From a phage, in NCBI GenBank assembly GCA_021149145.1, contig GCA_021149145.1_4322.1: a stretch of 34,803 nt of DNA; one strand, written 5' to 3'. A program made the position numbers and the translations under genes. This document shows positions 9,609-15,372 of the stretch, piece by piece (within the stretch, counting starts at the first letter, position 1; every line of letters starts with the position of its first letter). The notes beneath the pieces were generated by a model, which was not told the origin of the DNA, did not search any database, and saw only the letters and a list, made by a program, of their open reading frames with translations.

Positions 9609-9617
9609 ATTATATCA
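9609..9617 (-). promoter_or_regulatory. extended -10 promoter candidate for the packaging operon
   Basis: Minus strand reads TGATATAAT just downstream of the terminator and about 30 nt upstream of the terS ATG. No good -35 is present. Confidence 0.35.
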
Positions 9618-9628
9618 TATAGCAAACG

Positions 9629-9651
9629 AAAAAAGCCCTCAAGAATAGGGC
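9629..9651 (-). terminator. rho-independent terminator
   Basis: Minus strand reads GCCCT-ATTCTTG-AGGGC followed by TTTTTT, after the 62-aa ORF. Confidence 0.65.
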
Positions 9652-9704
9652 GAAGTATCGAACAACAACGAGAGATATGAAACAAACAGAGAGTAGAACT
9701 TCTT

Positions 9705-9893
9705 TTACTTTCGCTCACGAACGTAAGCTACTAGGAATTTGTGGTAATCCGGGTCGGCACCGGACATTACCTTAACTTTCGCTACTGCTACCTCTGAGGA
9801 CTTAGCAGTAACCGACGCGATAAATTCTTGAGTGCAACTTTTGCAACTACGACCCATTAATCGGATTGAAAGCTTAACATCCCAGAGCTGCAT
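9705..9893 (-). CDS. hypothetical protein
   Basis: 62-aa ORF that overlaps the upstream ORF by 20 nt in the small-gene run. Confidence 0.4.
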   Translation of the reverse strand: MQLWDVKLSIRLMGRSCKSCTQEFIASVTAKSSEVAVAKVKVMSGADPDYHKFLVAYVRERK

Positions 9894-10086
9894 TTTTTAT
9901 CTTCCCGCTCTGATTGCTATAGTTTTGAGTTTCTCTTTCAAGCTCGAGATAACCTTTAATATCCGCGCTAACTGAAACCCCGCCAATCACACCCTTTAAG
10001 CATTTATGTTCACGGTCAAGTGTTGCGTTGAATTTTTGGGAAGTGCCGCTTTCAATATCTTTTACGATGATTGTTACTTTTTTCAT
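9874..10086 (-). CDS. hypothetical protein
   Basis: 70-aa ORF with GGGGGA upstream of the ATG, directly downstream of the tRNA. Confidence 0.45.
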   Translation of the reverse strand: MKKVTIIVKDIESGTSQKFNATLDREHKCLKGVIGGVSVSADIKGYLELERETQNYSNQSGKIKNAALGC

Positions 10087-10117
10087 TTAATCCCCCAGGA
10101 TTATTGGTTTCTTAATT

Positions 10118-10193
10118 TGGTGTTCCGCACTGGACTCGAACCAGTAACTAAGACTTAGGAGGTCTTTGCGTTATCCTGTTACGCCAGCAGAAC
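10118..10193 (-). tRNA. tRNA-Arg (anticodon CCU), CCA encoded
   Basis: Hand-folded 76-nt cloverleaf. Acceptor GTTCTGC/GCGGAAC has one G-U pair. D stem is GCGT/ACGC with GG in the loop. Anticodon stem is AAGAC/GTCTT with loop CT-CCT-AA. T arm is ACTGG-TTCGAGT-CCAGT, with discriminator A and CCA. Confidence 0.85.
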
Positions 10194-10202
10194 AAATCCT
10201 TG

Positions 10203-10220
10203 AGTAGCGATTGCGCTATT
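10203..10220 (-). promoter_or_regulatory. variant copy of the palindromic box, abutting the tRNA
   Basis: Minus strand reads AATAGCGCAATCGCTAC, one nt shorter than consensus. It ends 12 nt before tRNA position 1, and no cassette -10 or leader follows. Confidence 0.4.
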
Positions 10221-10381
10221 GAGGGATTGCTGGTTACGCTTCCAGCGTCGAGTTCCTCGACCGATTTCGCCATATACGCTGCTTAGTGAGTTATGGACTT
10301 TGTGTTGCACTCCGTGCGCCGTTGCCACTTGGTGGCCTCGTCTGTCTACAGTTGTTAATGTACCAGTCAGGGTTAGATGTG

Positions 10382-10579
10382 TCAACTTACTCTTTCGAAT
10401 TTCCCATAATTCTGGTCATACGGGTAGTCAATGCTCACCAATTCGCCATTATCGCTGTAGCAGAATGCGTGGCCAGTCTTCGATACCTTTTCGACCTGGT
10501 AATCGCATCCATCCATGAAGTCATCCGATGCCGCCTTTGTGCACTTGATAGCATCGCCTTTCTTAATAATCTTACTCAT
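10382..10579 (-). CDS. hypothetical protein
   Basis: 65-aa ORF whose start overlaps the upstream stop. Confidence 0.45.
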   Translation of the reverse strand: MSKIIKKGDAIKCTKAASDDFMDGCDYQVEKVSKTGHAFCYSDNGELVSIDYPYDQNYGKFERVS

Positions 10580-10770
10580 TAAAACTCCTCAGTGATAAGC
10601 ATCTTGCCACAATATTTGCACTCGTAGAACGCACATGTTTCACCTATTGATACACTTGGTTTTGTTGACTCGTGGTATGCAGAGCTTATCGCCTTAATGT
10701 CAAAATCGTGAATGATTGATGTGAACACGTAAATGTAATGATGTTTGTGATTATTGTCGTTATCACTCAT
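10579..10770 (-). CDS. hypothetical Cys-containing small protein
   Basis: The start ATGAGTGAT at 10770 (MSDNDNNHK...) lies inside a 29-bp repeat that also carries the start of the neighbouring mini-ORF. The C-terminus has a CxxC (CKYC). Confidence 0.45.
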   Translation of the reverse strand: MSDNDNNHKHHYIYVFTSIIHDFDIKAISSAYHESTKPSVSIGETCAFYECKYCGKMLITEEF

Positions 10771-10789
10771 AAAGGCTATTCCCATTCTC
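10761..10789. repeat. 29-bp perfect direct repeat, copy 1
   Basis: TATCACTCATAAAGGCTATTCCCATTCTC is identical to 10886-10914, and the flanking bases differ. Confidence 0.9.
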
Positions 10790-10793
10790 TAAC

Positions 10794-10895
10794 CTAATTC
10801 AATGTAAATATGAAGAAAATCATCCCAATTGCCGTAGCTATAGCCAATCCGATGGCGATCAGAGTTAGTACTAAATCAATGATAATATCACTCAT
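10794..10895 (-). CDS. 33-aa hydrophobic mini-protein (single predicted TM helix), absent from the ORF track
   Basis: Translation is MSDIIIDLVLTLIAIGLAIATAIGMIFFIFTLN. The ATG overlaps the upstream stop (ATGAGTGA). The ORF is bracketed by the 29-bp repeats. Confidence 0.5.
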   Translation of the reverse strand: MSDIIIDLVLTLIAIGLAIATAIGMIFFIFTLN

Positions 10896-10914
10896 AAAGG
10901 CTATTCCCATTCTC
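10886..10914. repeat. 29-bp perfect direct repeat, copy 2
   Basis: Identical to 10761-10789. Confidence 0.9.
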
Positions 10915-11124
10915 ATCATGACCCACACGCCCTCGACGATAGCCCGCTATCCACACAAACTTATCACGTGCGATTATCGTGGATACCGGCCCCCATATCT
11001 GAGTGATAAGCGCCGCAACAACCTTATCATCTTTCTTTTTTGCGCCCAATTTGCCGTATTCGTCATTCAGCTTGTCAGCCTGTCGCTTAACTGCGTTAAA
11101 GTATGCGTCGTCTAACCCGAACAT
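10888..11124 (-). CDS. hypothetical protein
   Basis: 78-aa ORF, the first gene after a cassette copy, with GAGAGG upstream of the ATG. Confidence 0.5.
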   Translation of the reverse strand: MFGLDDAYFNAVKRQADKLNDEYGKLGAKKKDDKVVAALITQIWGPVSTIIARDKFVWIAGYRRGRVGHDENGNSLYE

Positions 11125-11200
11125 TTTCTAACCTCTCGCTGTTTGATATATAAATTATATGGCATACATGCCTTTGGTGTTTAGCTATTCGTGCTGTTTA
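11125..11200 (-). promoter_or_regulatory. promoter-leader cassette copy
   Basis: Minus strand reads AACAGCACGAATAGCTAAACAC, 17 nt, TATAAT, then TTATATATCAAACAGCGAGAGG and the ATG. Confidence 0.6.
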
Positions 11201-11321
11201 TTTTATCTTCACGCTCCTTCCATAGATTCATCAGCTCGAAGTACATCATGGCAACCTCGCCAGTCTTAGCCTCATCCATCATCCGTTTAGCCCACTGGCT
11301 TGGTGTTTCGTAGTTATCCAT
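11181..11321 (-). CDS. 46-aa hypothetical protein (below the ORF-track cutoff)
   Basis: Translation is MDNYETPSQWAKRMMDEAKTGEVAMMYFELMNLWKEREDKINSTNS. The start shows TAATG coupling. The last 6 codons and the stop are the palindromic box. Confidence 0.45.
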   Translation of the reverse strand: MDNYETPSQWAKRMMDEAKTGEVAMMYFELMNLWKEREDKINSTNS

Positions 11322-11482
11322 TAGTAAACAAGAGCCTCGTGGTTTGCTATGTAAATCTCCTCATCGTGCTTGTTTTTAATGAAGTACCCATTGCCATCTT
11401 CGCTAGGCTCTGCATAGAATACGTCGCCATGCTTTAAGCGCGCCATATAATCATCCTCACCAATATATACGATCTTAATCAT
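11321..11482 (-). CDS. 53-aa hypothetical protein (below the ORF-track cutoff)
   Basis: Translation is MIKIVYIGEDDYMARLKHGDVFYAEPSEDGNGYFIKNKHDEEIYIANHEALVY. GTGAGGTGA lies upstream of the ATG. Confidence 0.45.
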   Translation of the reverse strand: MIKIVYIGEDDYMARLKHGDVFYAEPSEDGNGYFIKNKHDEEIYIANHEALVY

Positions 11483-11500
11483 GCAATCACCTCACTTAAA

Positions 11501-11635
11501 TTATAGTTCGTTAGAATCGCTTTTAGCGTCATCTACGGCTGCTGAAATCATGTAAATAATTATGAAGCCCAATAACCAGAGTAACCATGGCAATGCTTCA
11601 ACCAGAACTTCATCCATCATTAACCCAGTATTCAT
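11501..11635 (-). CDS. 44-aa membrane mini-protein
   Basis: GAGGA lies 7 nt before the ATG at 11635. The protein MNTGLMMDEVLVEALPWLLWLLGFIIIYMISAAV... has one hydrophobic helix. The track start at 11689 would overlap the HNH gene. Confidence 0.45.
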   Translation of the reverse strand: MNTGLMMDEVLVEALPWLLWLLGFIIIYMISAAVDDAKSDSNEL

Positions 11636-11645
11636 TTCTCTATCC

Positions 11646-12068
11646 TCAGATTTTGTTAATTTGCTCAAACTTCTCAAACCAGAAAACAACTGGAGCCTCC
11701 ACTATGGAGATGAGGCCGAACCGCTCTGCCGTGCGAAAATTCATGCTGCTCTTACGCCCGCGAGCTACTTGAAGAGACACCTGTTCCCTGAACATTTCAA
11801 GGGAATAGCAATTTTTCATGAGGTTGCATGGAGCACATGCAGGGTAAAGGTTTTCCATTCGATCAGCTTGTGGTCGATTAAACTCACCTGTCGCCTTCAG
11901 CTTGAAAGTTCCTTTCTCCGCTGCCTTCATGCATACCTCAGATTTACGTAGCACCGGTTCAACATGGTCAGCATGCCAGCCTTTCTCAGGTAGTTCACAC
12001 CCACAATAAGCGCAGCGACCACCGAACTTGCCCTTCAACTCTTCCCTTTGAGATTTGCTTAATTTCAT
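11646..12068 (-). CDS. HNH endonuclease
   Basis: Contains CAYCGCEL...WHADHVEPV...NLYPACAPCNLMKN, i.e. two Cys pairs plus the H-N-H core. Confidence 0.8.
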   Translation of the reverse strand: MKLSKSQREELKGKFGGRCAYCGCELPEKGWHADHVEPVLRKSEVCMKAAEKGTFKLKATGEFNRPQADRMENLYPACAPCNLMKNCYSLEMFREQVSLQVARGRKSSMNFRTAERFGLISIVEAPVVFWFEKFEQINKI

Positions 12069-12078
12069 TTTATAAACC

Positions 12079-12258
12079 TTAAATTTTATTCAATTGATCA
12101 AGAATCTCGAAAGCCAGTTCTCGAGCTTGCTCTTCATTTAAGTGGATAGTATGAACCTTAGGTTCATCATGCAAACCGAAAGCCTGGGCGATGATAAATG
12201 TTGTGTAACCATCGAAGTTGTTAGCCTGGAGCTTAGGGTTACTTTGCTGGAATTTCAT
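12079..12258 (-). CDS. 59-aa hypothetical protein (below the ORF-track cutoff)
   Basis: Translation is MKFQQSNPKLQANNFDGYTTFIIAQAFGLHDEPKVHTIHLNEEQARELAFEILDQLNKI. The ATG overlaps the upstream stop (ATGA). Confidence 0.45.
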   Translation of the reverse strand: MKFQQSNPKLQANNFDGYTTFIIAQAFGLHDEPKVHTIHLNEEQARELAFEILDQLNKI

Positions 12259-12446
12259 TCTTCGACCACCTTGTACTCGCCTTCTTCAAAACTAACCATC
12301 TGTCCTATTGATACAAACTCAGTATCACGAATCGCTAGAGCTGATAAGCTACCGCACCTGTACCGACCGGTTACTTCTAATACGTCACCAACCTTAAACC
12401 CGCATTCTTCAAGTGTCAGAACGCCTTCTTCTGGTATGTAGTTCAC
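12255..12446 (-). CDS. hypothetical protein (start uncertain)
   Basis: 63-aa ORF that starts at a GTG without a clear SD. It is the first ORF after a cassette copy. Confidence 0.35.
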   Translation of the reverse strand: MNYIPEEGVLTLEECGFKVGDVLEVTGRYRCGSLSALAIRDTEFVSIGQMVSFEEGEYKVVEE

Positions 12447-12544
12447 GTCGATAATTTTAATTTTCGTCTCTATACTCCATCTCGTTGTTGGTGTGGTAAT
12501 TATGCCATCCTTGGCGTCATATCGTTAGGCAAAAAGTGCCATTT
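12447..12544 (-). promoter_or_regulatory. promoter-leader cassette copy (box variant)
   Basis: Minus strand reads AATGGCACTTTTTGCCTAACGATATGACGCCAAGGATGG, CATAAT, then TACCACACCAACAACGAGATGGAG. Confidence 0.5.
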
Positions 12545-12618
12545 CCCACTCAGTAGTAATTTAGCTTTCCGATATAAATCCATAGCCACCTCAACCTCAT
12601 CCTCACTGTACCGCGGAT

Positions 12619-12642
12619 GGTATGGTAGTAGACTACCATACC
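12619..12642 (-). promoter_or_regulatory. perfect 11-bp inverted repeat (hairpin or protein-binding palindrome)
   Basis: GGTATGGTAGT-AG-ACTACCATACC lies 1 nt after the stop of the 173-aa gene. No U-tract follows. Confidence 0.5.
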
Positions 12643-12643
12643 A

Positions 12644-13165
12644 CTATTTAGCCTCCTTAATCATTTCTTGGTATGCGTTAATCATTGATACTGCACCCTT
12701 AAGTTCATCACCTTCAAGACCAGCGACGCTTGGTGATAGTTTCAACAATCGAGCCTTGAACCTTTCAATGGTAGCCGCCTCCTTCTCTTGCTCTGCTTTG
12801 CTTCTTGAGCCGGATTTTACAGCGCCAGGAACCAGGCTAAGTGATGCGCAGTATGTCTCACTCTCGCCATCAAAGTCGGTAAAACTAAGTGAGAACCTTG
12901 AGCGCACGTCAGCCGCCTTAATCTCAGGCATTCGGCTTACGGTGTTTGAAACGTATGACGCTTTTAGTTTTGGCATGTGGTATTCACCACCAGGTAGAAC
13001 CTCCTGACCACTTAGCGATACGAACGTCTCACGACTCATGCCGAAGTATTGACGAGCAATCATGGTCACAGGGACTGTGCACACTTTGTCTTCTGACTTG
13101 AGCGCCTGACTCGCCATGTATCGAATGATTTCACCCAAACTTACTGCTTCTTTATGTTCTGACAT
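12644..13165 (-). CDS. hypothetical protein, first gene of the leftward early operon (possible DNA-binding protein)
   Basis: 173 aa with CAGGAG upstream. An HTH-like stretch (VTMIARQYFGMSRETFVSLSG) is a weak, eye-only call. Confidence 0.5.
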   Translation of the reverse strand: MSEHKEAVSLGEIIRYMASQALKSEDKVCTVPVTMIARQYFGMSRETFVSLSGQEVLPGGEYHMPKLKASYVSNTVSRMPEIKAADVRSRFSLSFTDFDGESETYCASLSLVPGAVKSGSRSKAEQEKEAATIERFKARLLKLSPSVAGLEGDELKGAVSMINAYQEMIKEAK

Positions 13166-13210
13166 ATTCGTTACTCCTGATTGGTTGCCCTTCGTTAAGA
13201 TGAAACCATG

Positions 13211-13530
13211 GTATCATGAATATACGCGTTATCAAGTGTTATGTTGTGTTTATATCTGCATTGGTTACGCTTTTTGACCTCTCAGCCCAGCTATAGCTGG
13301 TGTAATTACCCTGTGTAAGATTTTACGCGGATTCGCCGGGGGTATGCATATGTATCTATATAGATAAAATTAGTAGTTTTCATAGAAAAACTATCGACCC
13401 ATCCATACGACCAATCTACACCATATACATACATATATACAATAATAATAATAATATAGTAAAAGGTTGATATATATAGATATTATTATGTAACCATTGC
13501 GTAATCTAGCGTGGTAGGCGTATATGATTC
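13211..13530. repeat. AT-rich switch-region module, copy A
   Basis: Collinear with 32981-33327. Shared blocks are TATACGCGT, CATTGG..TTACG, AGCTATAGCT, (AAT)5 at 13441-13455 and a 29-bp identical core at 13458-13486. Iterons TGCGTA, AGCGTG and GGCGTA sit at 13498, 13508 and 13518. Confidence 0.8.
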
Positions 13531-13650
13531 TTCGGAAGCGCACCTCATATACACACCATAACTTCGATAACGTGTATATCCAAATTGGCTCAGCAAGAAT
13601 CAAAATCAACTTGTATGGTAGTTCATCCACCATTCATTCACCCCACATCA

Positions 13651-13750
13651 ATCATTGCAAATCCCGCAACAATCAAAAACATCATTGCATTCGATGCAAT
13701 ATTGTTATATGTGCAATAGTAAGATTAATCATTGCAATATCTGCAACAAT
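13651..13750 (+). promoter_or_regulatory. array of three ATCATTGCAA-type operator-like repeats
   Basis: The repeats are ATCATTGCAAATCCCGCAACAATC (13651), ATCATTGCATTCGATGCAATATTG (13681, containing the palindrome ATTGCAT-TCG-ATGCAAT) and ATCATTGCAATATCTGCAACAAT (13728). An extra TGCAATAGT lies at 13712. Confidence 0.55.
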
Positions 13751-13764
13751 AAATAAATCCAACT

Positions 13765-13837
13765 AATAGCACTTTTTGCTAAAGACATTTAGGTATTGCG
13801 GAGTTATGGTTCACTCATCAACAACGAGGAGAGAGAT
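13765..13837 (+). promoter_or_regulatory. promoter-leader cassette copy (rightward early operon)
   Basis: Reads AATAGCACTTTTTGCTAAAGACA, 17 nt, TATGGT, then TCACTCATCAACAACGAGGAGAGAG and the ATG. Confidence 0.6.
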
Positions 13838-14023
13838 ATGAAACTTAAAGACGAAGCATTTGAGCAATTAAAGCAGGAATGTGCGCTGATTGGATTGAAC
13901 AGTGACTATACTGATATGGTTTTACGCGGACGCATCAATATCGACCTTGCTAAGCAATTCCAGTCAGATGATGAATATATGTGCTGCGATGGCCTCGGCT
14001 GCGACGAATGTTTACCATGGTAA
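13838..14023 (+). CDS. hypothetical early protein (Cys-rich C-terminus)
   Basis: The ATG at 13838 follows GAGGAGAGAG. The 61-aa protein ends YMCCDGLGCDECLPW. The track start at 13796 lies inside the leader. Confidence 0.5.
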   Translation: MKLKDEAFEQLKQECALIGLNSDYTDMVLRGRINIDLAKQFQSDDEYMCCDGLGCDECLPW

Positions 14024-14034
14024 GGAGCCGAATA

Positions 14035-14226
14035 ATGAAAGTTAAGTGCTTAAATAATCTTAATGATGGAACCTGGGAATTCAGTAGTTGAAAGCATTAC
14101 AGTTATGATGAAATTTATGGTTACGTAGTTGGTGATAACTTCAAGCCAGTTTACTGCTACATTGAAAATGGCCTTGTTATTGCCGCTGTTAAGCGTCGAT
14201 TGATTTTTGAAATTTTAGAGGATTAA
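14035..14226 (+). pseudogene. small ORF interrupted by an in-frame TGA at 14089-14091
   Basis: The ATG follows AAGGAG. Translation is MKVKCLNNLNDGTWEFSS-TGA-KHYSYDEIYGYVVGDNFKPVYCYIENGLVIAAVKRRLIFEILED, in a single frame. The distal part has no start codon. The gene ends 1 nt before the next gene. Confidence 0.45.
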
Positions 14227-14227
14227 C

Positions 14228-14431
14228 ATGAAACTTCTTTGCACTAACATAATTGAAGACTTTAACGACGCCTTCAATAAGGGCTCTGAATACAACGCTA
14301 CCGAGTTTAAAAATGATATGTGCCTTGTTACCGGCGAACGTCCACACAAGCATCACGACACGTTCCAGGCGCTTAAATGCCTTGATTACGTAATCATCCA
14401 CGGCATCGCAACTTTTAAGGTGATTGAATAA
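14228..14431 (+). CDS. hypothetical early protein
   Basis: 67 aa with AGAGGA upstream. The stop overlaps the next start (TAATG). Confidence 0.5.
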   Translation: MKLLCTNIIEDFNDAFNKGSEYNATEFKNDMCLVTGERPHKHHDTFQALKCLDYVIIHGIATFKVIE

Positions 14432-14595
14432 TGCTTTTACCATCTGAGATAAACTATTTCGATCTGGAAATTATTAGTGCTTACAGCGGAAAGGGTTGGC
14501 CTTGCGGGGGCTGGTTTAACGAGGACCTGCTTGAGTCTCACGAGATTATGTTGAAGGCAATTGAGAAGGCCAGAAGAAATAGCACTAATTGCTAA
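14431..14595 (+). CDS. 54-aa hypothetical protein (below the ORF-track cutoff)
   Basis: Translation is MLLPSEINYFDLEIISAYSGKGWPCGGWFNEDLLESHEIMLKAIEKARRNSTNC. The last codons and the stop are the palindromic box. Confidence 0.45.
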   Translation: MLLPSEINYFDLEIISAYSGKGWPCGGWFNEDLLESHEIMLKAIEKARRNSTNC

Positions 14596-14654
14596 AACTC
14601 ACCGCCACGGATGGCGTATATTTACTCCATCGAAACGAAAGAGAGCAAGAGATC
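14578..14654 (+). promoter_or_regulatory. promoter-leader cassette copy
   Basis: Reads AATAGCACTAATTGCTAAAACT, 17 nt (containing CGCCACGGATGGCG), TATATT, then TACTCCATCGAAACGAAAGAGAGCAAGAG and the ATG. Confidence 0.6.
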
Positions 14655-14816
14655 ATGTTCGACAACTTTTATGACGCGATGGAAGAGGCGGTTTTCAGGG
14701 CGTCGATAGATGGTAAGATTTACGGTTTAGTTCAGAAGTTTGATAAGATTGTTGTGCGTATTGTGCGCAAATCAGTACCAAACAAATTCATGTGGACAAC
14801 TAAGAGATTAAAATAA
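14655..14816 (+). CDS. hypothetical protein
   Basis: The ATG at 14655 (MFDNFYDAMEE...) follows the cassette leader. The track start at 14589 is a TTG inside the promoter box. Confidence 0.5.
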   Translation: MFDNFYDAMEEAVFRASIDGKIYGLVQKFDKIVVRIVRKSVPNKFMWTTKRLK

Positions 14817-15205
14817 TGACTACTACGATAACCAAAAATTTCATTAGCAACGACAACAAGCTATTTAAAGCTCGCGTTAAAAAGATTCACCAGTGGGTTA
14901 ACGGTGTCGCTGAGGAAGTTGAATTTGAGCAAATCAAAAAAGACGGCAAATGGATCAACCTGGAAGAACGTGGAAAATACATTAAAACCAAAACTCTTTA
15001 CTGCACAAAGGTTAACCATAAGTCTGGCGTTAAGAAAGACTTCAAAGAAGGTAAGCGATACCAGGTCAACATGCATAGCGGACTTTGTCAGTCAACTGGA
15101 TACATTTACGATGAAGATGGCAACGCCTGGCAGCTATATCGCAGCGAAGATGTTGGCTTTTATACGTTGTGTGAAACTTACCACTTTGAGGCTCAATACA
15201 AATGA
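14816..15205 (+). CDS. hypothetical protein
   Basis: 129 aa, with TAATG coupling to the upstream gene. Confidence 0.5.
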   Translation: MTTTITKNFISNDNKLFKARVKKIHQWVNGVAEEVEFEQIKKDGKWINLEERGKYIKTKTLYCTKVNHKSGVKKDFKEGKRYQVNMHSGLCQSTGYIYDEDGNAWQLYRSEDVGFYTLCETYHFEAQYK

Positions 15206-15372
15206 AATTATACATTGTAAGTGGTTGCACACACTATGATGGAAGCGAAGTGATTGCCGCTTTCGATGAAGAATTCAAAGCACAGGAGTTTAAATATAAC
15301 AAAGAAATATCTTCAGAAAATCACTTTGACTACTACAAGATAGATTGCATCTTACTAAATAGCACTAATTGA
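15202..15372 (+). CDS. 56-aa hypothetical protein (below the ORF-track cutoff)
   Basis: Translation is MKLYIVSGCTHYDGSEVIAAFDEEFKAQEFKYNKEISSENHFDYYKIDCILLNSTN. It shows ATGA coupling, and its C-terminus is encoded by the palindromic box. Confidence 0.45.
   Translation: MKLYIVSGCTHYDGSEVIAAFDEEFKAQEFKYNKEISSENHFDYYKIDCILLNSTN

Noticed and set aside
10194-10381. Possible second tRNA or tRNA pseudogene upstream of tRNA-Arg (hairpin GTCGAG-GAA-CTCGAC could mimic an anticodon arm with GAA)
   Set aside because: No cloverleaf can be built. There is no T-loop (GTTCRANYC) or acceptor pairing. A 7-nt loop version would lack U33 and leaves only a 4-bp stem. It is kept only as an unexplained structured non-coding region.
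10947-10955. DnaA-box-like CTATCCACA
   Set aside because: It is a single 8/9 match inside a coding region, not clustered, and so expected by chance.
12644-13165. Lysogeny module (is the 173-aa protein, or the 157-aa HTH at 26055, a CI repressor?)
   Set aside because: No integrase, excisionase, attP-like site or CI/Cro pair is visible in the window. The HTH assignments alone do not support a temperate lifestyle, so both are kept as generic regulators.
13391-13766. Two 80-aa ORFs (13391-13633 minus, 13524-13766 plus) in the switch region
   Set aside because: Their translations are Tyr/Ile/Asn/His-rich low complexity read from (AAT)n and AT-rich repeats. They overlap the duplicated non-coding module and the operator-like array. 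No SD is present, and the homologous copy B has no equivalent open frames.
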